The position numbers and the translations under genes were made by a program. The notes under the pieces are model-generated. The model did no database searches and had not been told where the DNA came from. It saw only the letters and a list, made by a program, of their open reading frames with translations. This document shows positions 1 through 8,556 of a stretch of 32,000 nt of DNA, one piece after another. How positions within the stretch are numbered: the stretch's first letter is position 1; each line of letters opens with the position of its first letter. The stretch is from Limnospira fusiformis SAG 85.79 (lineage in GTDB: Bacteria; Cyanobacteriota; Cyanobacteriia; Cyanobacteriales; Microcoleaceae): positions 1,135,403-1,167,402 of the forward strand of contig NZ_CP051185.1 of assembly GCF_012516315.1 (NCBI RefSeq). The letters are read 5' to 3'.

Positions 1-12
1 TGCTGTGGGGAG

Positions 13-234
13 ATGGGTTCCTGGTTAAAGTTGAATGGAGGGGTGTTTGTGGCTCCATATCAAAGAATCGAGCAGCGTTTCTTTTCTGTGTTATTTGGGA
101 TCTTGATTGGGTTAACTTTGCTGGTTTGGGTTCTTAGGGGGTTAGGGGTTCTGGGATTTATCCCTGGATTGATAATCTGGGTGTTGTTGCTGTCAACCAT
201 CGCTATGGGGGTTCTGTCTAGAGTGGCTCGATAG
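13..234 (+). CDS. hypothetical small membrane protein (two predicted TM helices)
   Basis: 73-aa ATG-initiated ORF with two hydrophobic stretches (FFSVLFGILIGLTLLVWVL, FIPGLIIWVLLLSTIAMGVL). No family recognised. Confidence 0.35.
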   Translation: MGSWLKLNGGVFVAPYQRIEQRFFSVLFGILIGLTLLVWVLRGLGVLGFIPGLIIWVLLLSTIAMGVLSRVAR

Positions 235-632
235 CTCGGTTTGGTAATTATTCGGTCACTGGGATAGACGAATTGGGTTGAGTTGGGCTATAATGGCGAA
301 TGGCCTAAAACAAGGCGCTTCCTTAAATCTAGGTTGTGTGCGACGGGTTCACTTATTCCGAATAGCACCAATCGGATTTTTCAGAGGACAGTGTTGTTTA
401 TTGAGCTTCAGCCTACAGCCAGAAATGGCCTGGGCAACTGCTAAGGTGAAACTTCCTGGCAGTTGGCGAGAACGCCGCTTTCCAGTCTGGTAGCAGGATT
501 GGGAAACTACGGTTCTATTGCGTAGCAATCGCTCGTGGTCGCGTTCATGTCTTCTCAAGTATCTTTCATATAGGAGGAGACGGGAAGACCTCAAGTAAAG
601 TTATTATTTTTTAGAGAGGTGAAGGATAAAAC

Positions 633-830
633 ATGACCCAAGTTATTCTGGGTGAAAACGAACAATTAGAATCCGCACTGCGTAGATTTAAGCGAGAAGT
701 GTCTAAAGCTGGCATCCTGGCTGATGTTCGCAAAAAACGTCACTTTGAAACCCCTCCAGAAAAACGCAAGCGCAAGGCGATCGCTAATCAGCGTCAGAGA
801 CGAGCTTTCCGTAAAAAGCGGATGTTCTAA
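633..830 (+). CDS. rpsU: 30S ribosomal protein S21
   Basis: 65-aa basic protein. [37 protein letters not shown] matches the conserved S21 pattern. GAGAGGTGAAGG lies upstream of the ATG. Confidence 0.93.
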   Translation: MTQVILGENEQLESALRRFKREVSKAGILADVRKKRHFETPPEKRKRKAIANQRQRRAFRKKRMF

Positions 831-918
831 AGCGCTTCATAACCCGATATAACCGCGAACAAAACTCCTATTCTAGTTCTATTGGACTAGAGTGGGGGTG
901 GCTGCGGTTTTTTGGTTA

Positions 919-2025
919 TTAGATAATTTGGGAACTGGGTATTGGTAAGGAAAATGTGAAGGTGCTACCTTTGCCTAACTGACTACTAACGAAAATTTCG
1001 CCGCCTTGAAGTTCCACCAAACGCCGGGTAATAGCTAAACCAATTCCGGTACCTCCATAATTGCGCGATCGCGATCTATCAGCACGCCAAAATCTTTCAA
1101 AAACATGGGGTAAATCTGCCTCAGAAATACCAATTCCGGTATCGCTGACATCCACAAACAAGTAACCACCATGAGTATAAACTTCTATTTTAATTAGACC
1201 ATGTTTGGTGTATCTGATGGCATTTCCTAATAAATTAACTAAAATTTGTTCAGTGCGATCGACATCAGCTAAAGCCAGGGGTAATTCTTCAGAAAAATCT
1301 AATTCTAATATCGGTCCTTCTTCCAGAAGTTGATCAGAAAAACGCTGCACCAAAGACTCTAATAAAGGCCGTAATGCTAAAGGTTGGGGGTTAATGGGTA
1401 AATATCCAGATTCAACCTTAGAGAGTTCTTGTAAGTTATTTATCAGCCTTTCCAGGCGTTTAGTTTCCTTGGTTAACTGCTGATAAATATCTGGTGATGG
1501 CGAAATTCTGCCTTCGGCCATTTCTTCTAAGTATCCGCGAACTACAGTGATCGGAGTTCGCAATTCATGGGTCAAATCACTAATTAATTCCCGCCGTTTT
1601 TGTTCAACATCTTGAAGACTACTAGCCATCTGATTAAAACTCATCGCCAGTTGATTTAATTCATGAATTTCACTAGATGACATCCTTTCTGAGAGATTAC
1701 CCTTGGCAAATTTATGGGTAATTTCTTCCATCTCGGTGAGAGGCTGAGTAATGCGTTTAGTCACCCAATAACTTAAACAGACAGCAGCAGTTGTTCCGGC
1801 TAAAACAGACCAAAAAGTGCTACGATTCCAAGCAATTTCAAAGCCTTCTACTAGGCGAGTTCTTACATATTGTAAGCGAAAGCCAGGACCTTCTAGTTGT
1901 TCCAAACTACGGACAAAGAACCGAGGAGAGGAAATTTTGCCGATGATCACCAGGGATGTGACCCCAATCAGCATAACCAGGAGGTGGGATAAAAATAGGC
2001 GCGATCGCAAATCTACCTTTGCCAT
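919..2025 (-). CDS. sensor histidine kinase (TM-HAMP-HisKA-HATPase_c)
   Basis: H-box LTHELRTPITVVRGY, N-box NLLGNAIRYT, G-boxes DTGIGI and GGTGIGLAI. I start at the internal ATG (MAKVDLRS, codon 30 of the track ORF) because codons upstream of 2047 are group II intron domain V/VI sequence. Confidence 0.85.
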   Translation of the reverse strand: MAKVDLRSRLFLSHLLVMLIGVTSLVIIGKISSPRFFVRSLEQLEGPGFRLQYVRTRLVEGFEIAWNRSTFWSVLAGTTAAVCLSYWVTKRITQPLTEMEEITHKFAKGNLSERMSSSEIHELNQLAMSFNQMASSLQDVEQKRRELISDLTHELRTPITVVRGYLEEMAEGRISPSPDIYQQLTKETKRLERLINNLQELSKVESGYLPINPQPLALRPLLESLVQRFSDQLLEEGPILELDFSEELPLALADVDRTEQILVNLLGNAIRYTKHGLIKIEVYTHGGYLFVDVSDTGIGISEADLPHVFERFWRADRSRSRNYGGTGIGLAITRRLVELQGGEIFVSSQLGKGSTFTFSLPIPSSQII

Positions 2026-2124
2026 TAGTTCTGGGTATGTATGATCTAGTAGGGGTCGAGAGAGATGTCGCCATCTCCCCCTCCCATACAAAACCGTACT
2101 TGAGGCTTTCACCTCATACGGCTC

Positions 2125-4818
2125 CTAATCTGATTGTTCCATTGTTAATGATACAGCGTTGGCGTTATCTAGCGCCGTCTTATCATCATGACAGTGGCGG
2201 TGTAATAATTGAAGGTTCTTGTATTCATCCTTTCCGCCTAAACTTCGAGGTATAATGTGGTCTACTTCAACTAAATCCGATGGTGCGAAATACTGTCCAC
2301 ACCAGGTACACCTACCTTTTTGCTTTTTGAGTAGTTTTGCTACCCTGTTTGGCGTGTCGATTGCTTGTCCTTTCCTGGTTGCCCAGTAAGTCCAGTTTCC
2401 GTCGTATGGTGTTGCATCTGGGCGTATTAGGGTGTGTCTAACATTTGGAGTCCAATTGTGTTTCCATAGTTGAACTCCATCTTTGGTCTGGAATAACCAA
2501 GATTCATGCCTTTCTTTCCCATTGCTAAGTTTTACCGTTCCATGTTTGAAATAGTTTCTTAGCTTCTCGTAACTTGCCTTTCTGCATCTTGATGCTGTCC
2601 ATGCCCTTAGCATTAGCCAGATGGTAGGGGTCGAAAGGAAAGTCACCTTTCCCAACTCCCATTCAAAACCGTGCTTGAAAGTTTCCCTTCACACGGCTCC
2701 TGATGTGGATACCCTCTTTGTCAAAGGAACAAGGTTACTACCCCCTGCTTTATGACTTCAACTTTGGGAGCTATATGCTTGCGTTAGTCTTTAAACTCGC
2801 TTTCGCCATTAAACTCTTACTTATCGCAGTCTCTATATCCATATCGTGACTAGTGGGCATATCCCAACCATTACAGTTAGGCATTGGCTTTCAGTCACAT
2901 CCCTTCCCCTTATGGGCTTGCGCTTACACTTTTCACTACTCTACGAGATGTACTCGCAGAGAGCCCAACAGGGGTTTCAACGTTCCGTATATATGGGCAT
3001 TCCATCTTTAGATTTGTCCTATCCACCGGGGTACATTTAAAGGTCTGTGTAGGTGATGACATAATTACCCTACTTTTCCCCTTGTCCTTTTGGACGCAGC
3101 GTATCAGCCTATTTCGCTGCTAACTAGTTACGGTGGTTCAAGCCAGACATTCGGTTTCCCTAATCATGGATGGTTGGCAGTGGTCGCCTCTGGTAGTAGG
3201 TTCTACTTCACGCCTTCCGTTCCCCGCTTCAATCCCAGATTTGTGATTTCTGAAACTGGGGGTGGCTACCGCCTTTACTCTTTCCCAAATCACCCCAAGT
3301 GGGTTGAAATACTCCTCCTTGTAGTATACTTGGAAGATAAAAGTGTATTCTGTGATTTCTTAAATGGGATTGACCCTGAGTTCCCTGCCTTGCTTAGATT
3401 CACAACTCCCTAAGCGTCGGGACATATATACAGTTGAGGGGTTAGACCGATACTGAGTAACCGTGTAAAGGTCTAATTGCCCTCTAGGAGGTTATTTCGG
3501 CATTGCAGCCTTATTTGACTCCTAAACGTTTCGCACTATATAGTCTAGCTTAACGAAGGTCTCTGTTGAGACGACCGCTGAGTAGTAGTTTGACCATCCC
3601 CGAATAATCGGGTTTAGATTACTTATCAGGGCTGATTGGGGTGCTGTTTTATGTCGTTTTATTACACCCTTAATCACTTCTGTATGGGCTTTGATTGCTT
3701 TCTGACTAGGTTTGATGTGGGTTGGGAACCCTAATGGTTTCCCATGTGGACTTTTCCCAGTTTTATATTTTCCTACAGGATATTGCCTAATATTGAATCC
3801 TAAGAAATCAAATCCAGGTTCTTCAAGTTTTCTATCATATTCAATAGGATTGAGTGTATGACAGATTCGAGTTTTCTCCGGTTTAATCTTTAACCCAATA
3901 GGTTTTAACCATTCGGAAATAGCAATCTTGCATTGTTCAATAATCTCTAGTGATGGTGATATCACTACAAAATCATCGGCGTATCTTATTAAGTTGGCTT
4001 TGACAGCCTTCCCTTTTTTCTTAGGATACATTGTTTCAATTACTCTAACCATTCCCAACAGTGCGATGTTGGCGAGTATTGGACTTATTACCCCTCCTTG
4101 GGGTGTCCCTGTTTCTGTATCCTCGAATACGTCGTTATCCAAAACACCCGCTTTAAGCCATTGTTTCAGGTCTCTCTTCAGGCTGCTCGGACAATGAATT
4201 TTGGACAATAGGTAATCATGGTTCACGGTAAGAGCATTTCGCTATATCAGCATCGAGAACATAGTATTGTCCTTGATTTATGGCAGTATAGATTCTACCA
4301 ATTGCGTCATGGGCTGACCGACCGGGACGGAACCCATAGCTTGTGCCTTCAAATCTTGATTCCCATTCAGGTTCGAGAGCCGACTTAACCAAGGCTTGCC
4401 TTGCTCTGTCTTGGATTGTGGGTATTCCCAGAGGGCGTTTTTCATCCCTGCCAGGTTTTGGAATCCACACCCGTCGCAGTGGTTTTGCTTTGAGGTTTCC
4501 CTTAATGCTCTCAACAAGTTCAAACCTTTGCCTTGGAGAGATTGCTCTCATTCCATCGACTCCAGCCGTTTTCTTACCTTGATTATCTTGGGTCACTCGC
4601 CGCACTGCTAAGAGTCGGGCATAATATGACTTCACCAATAGACGTTGCAACCTTCTTGCCTTTGCATCCTGTCCCGATTTAGCTGCTTGAAATATCCTTT
4701 TTTGGAGCTTGAAAACTTTCCGCTGAACCTTAGTCCATGGGATTGCCTTCCATGCGTTGTTCGTAGTCTTGATTGGTTTGGGCTTACCAAATCCTTTCTT
4801 TAAACTCGCTATCGCCAT
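2125..4818 (-). pseudogene. group II intron reverse transcriptase/maturase/HNH endonuclease (IEP), split by a nested intron and one frameshift
   Basis: Three track ORFs: 4216-4818 (RT0-3: GVDGMRAISPRQR, RPLGIPTIQDRARQ, YGFRPGRSAHDA), 3522-4226 (RT4-7 with YADDFVV, X domain RGWSNYY) and 2125-2655 (HNH: CTWCGQYF...EVDHIIPRSLGG...HRHCHDDKT). There is a frameshift near 4216-4226 (KCSYR/NHDYLL). The 2623-3536 interruption is an intron. Confidence 0.85.
2623..3536 (-). mobile_element. ORF-less group II intron nested in the IEP ORF of intron A (inner intron of a twintron)
   Basis: GTGCGAAACG begins at 3536, directly after host codons KLDYI. Domain V GAGCCGTGTGAAGGGAAACTTTCAAGCACGGTTT is at 2665-2699 and domain VI ends ...CGACCCCTACC at about 2623. 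The host ORF then resumes in frame as IWLMLRAWT; the uninterrupted homolog at 11252-11290 reads KLDNIIWQMLRAWT. Only a stub of an IEP remains (ATGGCGAAAGCGAGTTTAAAGA from 2809). Confidence 0.8.
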
Positions 4819-5528
4819 ATGTACATCTACTAGGCTCTATTTCTTACAATCCAACCGTGACCCGTTAGCATATCCCTACCATTACAGTCGGGCTTTGGCT
4901 TCTGGTCACATCTCACCCCCTAATAGGCTTGCGCTTACATTTGTCACTACTGATATCTCGACCAGATTATCAGAGCCTAAAAGGGGTTACAACGTTCCGT
5001 TTATATGGGCTTTCCATCTTTAGACTTGTCCTATCCACCGGGGTACTTTTTAAAAGTCTGTGTAGGTGTTATTAACAAAACCCTACTTTTCCCCTTGCTC
5101 TTTTGAGCGCAGCGTGTCAACCTGTTTCGCTACTGAATACTTACGATGGTTCAAGTCGGAACATTCAGATTTCCTTAGTCATGGATGGTTGGCAGTGGTC
5201 GTATTATTGGGAATAGGTTTTCCCTCACGCCTTCCGTTCCCCGCTTCAATCCTGAGGTTATGATTCCCAAAACTGGGGGTGGCTATCGCCGTTACTCTCT
5301 ACTCCCTGATTTCTCAGTTTGTTTATGACCTTGAGTTCCCTGCCTTACTTAGATTTCTCCAAGCGTCGGGACATATAAACAGTTATGGGGATGGGCAGGT
5401 GTGCTATCCTTATGTTCAACCGAGGGGTTGAAATCCGCACCAGGCGGTTATTTCAGGTATTGCAACCTTATTTCATGCCTGAACGTCTCGCACGATAATT
5501 TCTATCCTACACTCAAACTTTCAACAGT

Positions 5529-5563
5529 AAAAAGCCCCGCTTGACCAACAAATCAGCGGGGCC
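5529..5563 (-). terminator. Rho-independent terminator (minus strand)
   Basis: Stem GCCCCGCT (5534-5541) pairs with AGCGGGGC (5555-5562). On the minus strand the hairpin is followed by TTTTT (5529-5533). It lies just downstream of the minus-strand ORF ends at 5565 and 5590. Confidence 0.7.
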
Positions 5564-5589
5564 TTTATAAGGAAACCTTTAAAGTAGGA

Positions 5590-5711
5590 TTATCGCATAT
5601 CCCAGAGAGCCTTAAACAAAGTCTCAGGCAGCTTTCTGGAGGTGGCATTCCTGGCAGCCTTGAGCGCGGCCACGGAAACTGTGTTCCCTTTGTGGTATGC
5701 TCTGGTAATCC
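5590..5711 (-). pseudogene. possible 3'-terminal remnant of a chromosomal gene truncated by the intron stack
   Basis: The open frame ...ITRAYHKGNTVSVAALKAARNATSRKLPETLFKALWDMR* ends 27 nt before the terminator. Its upstream continuation is replaced at 5712 by an antisense group II intron 5' end. Frame choice and family are uncertain. Confidence 0.25.
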
Positions 5712-6118
5712 GTGCGAGACGTTCAAGCATGAAATAGGGTTGAAACACCCGAAATAACCGCCTGGTGGGGACTTCAACCCCTTGATTGAATATAAGGAAC
5801 GCACTCCTGAACATCCCCATAACTGTTTATATGTCCCGAATATTTGTATCACACGATACCAAATCAAGGCAGGGACTCCAAGCTCAACATACTTTGTAAC
5901 AAAACGTAACAATTCTTAACATAACGGAAAAGTTACGACAAAAGGTGAGGATAACGGCGATAGCCACCCCCAGTTTTAGGACTCACAACCCGTCAGATTG
6001 AAGCGGGGAACGGAAGGCTCCAAGGTGTAACCCAACACCAGAACCGAGACCACTGCCAACCATCCATGATTAGGGAAACCGAATGTCTGGCTTGAACCGC
6101 CGTAAAGAGTAAGTAGCG
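5712..6118 (+). mobile_element. group II intron B, 5' fragment (domain I), interrupted by intron C
   Basis: GTGCGAGACGTTCAAGCATGAAATAGGG at 5712. It is colinear with intron D (6266 onward) up to ...GTAAGTAGCG, where a new GTGCG starts. No 3' half is present in the window. Confidence 0.75.
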
Positions 6119-6979
6119 GTGCGAGACGTTCAGGCATCAAATAGGGCTGCAATGCCCGAAATAACTGCCTGGTGAGGATTTCAACCCCTTGGTTGAATAT
6201 AAGGAGCGCACTCCTGACCATCCTCATAACTGTTTATATGTCCCGACGTTAGTATAGAAATATACGTGTGATTCGTTTAGGAGTCAAATAAGGCTGCGAT
6301 GCCTGAAATAACCTCCTAGTGGGACTTCCACCCCTGGGTGGAATATAAGGGATTCACACCCCTGACCATCCCATAACTGTTTATATGTCCCGACGATTTG
6401 TATCTTAGGATACCAAATCAAGGCAGGGAACCCAAGGTCAATACACTCTGTAACAAATCGTAATAATTCTTAACATAATGGAAAGTACGAAACAGAGGTG
6501 AGGGTAACGGCGATAGCCACCCCCGGTTTTGGGACTCACAATACCAAGACCGAAGCGGGGAACGGAAGGCTCCGAGGTGTAACCTAACACCAGAATCGAG
6601 ACCACTGCCAACTATCTATGATTAGGGAAACCGAATGTCTGGCTTGAACCACCGTAACTAATAAGCAGCGAAATAGGTTGATACGCTGCGCTCAAAAGAG
6701 TAAGGGGAAAAGTAGGGTTTTCTATAGGACACCTACACAGACCTTTAAAGATACCCCGATGGATAGGACAAATCTAAAGATGGAATGCCCATATAAACGG
6801 AACGTTTTAACCCCTTTTAGGCTCTGATAATCTGGTCGAGAGAGTCAGTAGCGAAAAGTGTAAGCGTAAGCCTATTAGGGGGTGAGATGTGACCAGAAGC
6901 CAACGCCTTACTGTAATGATAAGGATATGCAGACGGGTCACGGTTTGATTGTAAAGAATAGAGTCTAGTAGGAGCACAA

Positions 6980-7551
6980 ATGGCGCAGGCGAGTTTAAAG
7001 AAAGGCTTTGGTAAACCCAAACCAATCAAGACTACGAAAAACGCATGGAAAGCAATTCCATGGGCGAAAGTCCAGCGGAAAGTTTTCAAACTCCAAAAGA
7101 GGATATTTCAAGCAGCTAAATCGGGACAAGACGCAAAGGCAAGAAGGTTGCAACGTCTATTGGTGAAGTCATATTATGCCCGGCTCCTAGCAGTACGGCG
7201 AGTAACCCAAGATAATCAAGGCAAGAAAACGGCTGGAGTCGATGGAGTAAGAGCAATCTCTCCAAGGCAAAGGTTTGAACTGGTTGAGAGCATTAAGGGA
7301 AATCTCAAAGCCAAACCACTGCGACGGGTGTGGATTCCAAAACCTGGAAGGGATGAAAAAAGCGGGAATGGGAATACCCACTATCCAAGATAGAGCAAGG
7401 CAAGCCTTGGTCAAGTCGGCACTTGAGCCCGAATGGGAATCAAGATTTGAGGGCACAAGCTATGGGTTTAGACCTGGCAGGTCGGCTCAAGATGCAATAG
7501 CACGAATTTACTCAAGTATTAACAAAGGTGAATACTTCGTGTTAGATGCGG
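6980..7551 (+). pseudogene. group II intron RT (IEP) N-terminal part of intron D
   Basis: MAQASLKKGFGKPKP... is about 95% identical to the IEP of intron A. A +1 frameshift near 7345-7365 joins track ORFs 6980-7393 and 7275-7577. The ORF is cut at 7551/7552 by a GTGCG intron 5' end. Confidence 0.85.
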
Positions 7552-7596
7552 GTGCGAGACGTTCGGGTATGAAATAGGGCTGAAATGCCCGAAATA
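7552..7596 (+). mobile_element. group II intron E, 45-nt 5' stub inside the IEP ORF of intron D
   Basis: GTGCGAGACGTTCGGGTATGAAATAGGGCTGAAATGCCCGAAATA is identical to the first 45 nt of intron F (13252 onward). It is truncated by ISA-1 at a TA. Confidence 0.7.
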
Positions 7597-8554
7597 TAGC
7601 ATTAGTCAAGGTGGTTAGGACGCAGCTTTGAGAACGGAATCCATGGCATCATGGAGAGAATCAAACTGCTCAATGCAGTGGCGAATACGGGCTTTCAGCC
7701 ACGACCAACATTTCTCTATCTTGTTGAGGTCTGGCGAATAAGGTGGTAGATAGAGTAAACGGCATTGAGCTGCCTCCACCAGTTCAGCAATCCGCCCCCC
7801 TTTATGAAACGTTGCATTGTCCAATACTAGAGTCTGACCTGGCTTCAATGTTGGAATTAAGATGAACTCCAACCACAACTCAAACACTGTCCGATTACAA
7901 CAACCCTCAAAGCTAAAGGGAGCTAAGAGTTGTTGATGACACCATGCGGCTATCATACTTACCCTGCCCTGCCTCTTCCCTGATTTGAGTGCATGGAAGC
8001 GTTTTCCTTCCTCGCAGTAACCATAAGGGTAATCCGAGTCCTGACTATTCATGGCGGCTTCATCGAGGTAGACCACTTCTTGTGGCTCCATCTGTTCAAT
8101 CTGAGCCATAAACTCCTCTCGCTGTTGCTTCCAACGTTCTTGGTAGCCGTAAGTTTTTTTTTCTGGTGAAGCCAATTTTCTTCAAGGCTCTGGATATGGT
8201 GCGAGGAGAGATGTCGTCATCCCAAAGTTCAGCCATTTGAGCTGCTGTTTTGTCGCCATGCTCTTGGGCAAAAGCCTTGAATTTCTGCCAGTCGGTAATT
8301 TTGTGGTTATTGCCAGGTCGGTGATGAGGTTTAGGGAGGAAGTCTCCGGTCTGTGCTTTTCTTTGCAGCCAGAGATTAATGGTGTTCCTGCTGACATGGA
8401 AAACTTGACTGGCTTCTGTTTTGGGCATACCGTCTAGTTCAATGGCATCAATAACTTTTTGTCTGAGGTCGTAACTATAGGGGGCTGGCATTTTTGGTCT
8501 TCTTAGTCATCTCGTCCTCTCCATTATACGTCCTAAGTATTCTGTCTTGTGCTA
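7597..8554 (-). mobile_element. IS630-family insertion sequence, copy ISA-1
   Basis: Ends are TAGCATTAGTCAAGGTGGTTAGGACG... and ...CGTCCTAAGTATTCTGTCTTGTGCTA (imperfect inverted repeats), with TA on both sides. The same 957-958-bp unit occurs at 12246-13203 and 23722-24678. Confidence 0.85.
7615..8491 (-). pseudogene. IS630-family transposase, frameshifted in a T9/A9 homopolymer
   Basis: Track ORFs 8096-8491 (HTH part) and 7615-8175 (DDE part: VYLDEAAM, LVLDNATFHK, YLPPYSPDLNKIEKCW). The run at 8154-8162 has 9 nt, against 8 nt in the copies where the two parts are fused. Confidence 0.8.
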
Positions 8555-8556
8555 TA

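Larger units (their letters stand above)
2048..5493 (-). mobile_element. group II intron A (IEP-encoding, hosts a nested intron)
   Basis: On the minus strand the 5' end is GTGCGAGACG at 5493. Domain V GAGCCGTATGAGGTGAAAGCCTCAAGTACGGTTT is at 2090-2124, followed by domain VI ending ...CGACCCCTACT at about 2048. An RT-X-HNH ORF sits in domain IV. Length is about 2.53 kb once the nested 914-nt intron is removed. Confidence 0.85.

Noticed and set aside
278-594. Track ORFs 278-493 (plus strand) and 349-594 (minus strand) upstream of rpsU
   Set aside because: They are mutually overlapping, Cys/Arg-rich non-protein-like translations with alternative start codons. The region is treated instead as a possible structured RNA or leader.
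2026-2112. The 29-codon N-terminal extension of the histidine kinase in the track ORF (MKASSTVLYGRGRWRH...)
   Set aside because: These codons are domain V/VI of intron A read in frame. The conserved-looking kinase starts at MAKVDLRS (ATG 2025).
2846-3413. Track ORFs 2846-3040, 2884-3123 and 3090-3413 (64-107 aa, plus strand)
   Set aside because: They lie antisense inside the ribozyme domains of the nested group II intron. The same sequences recur in every intron copy in either orientation, with no coding-like conservation.
4757-7089. Track ORFs 4757-5023, 5066-5263, 5565-5912, 5590-5820 (upper part), 5976-6227, 6807-7025 and 6817-7089
   Set aside because: They overlap group II intron domain I-III RNA sequence on one strand or the other. 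The reading frames are not preserved between intron copies.
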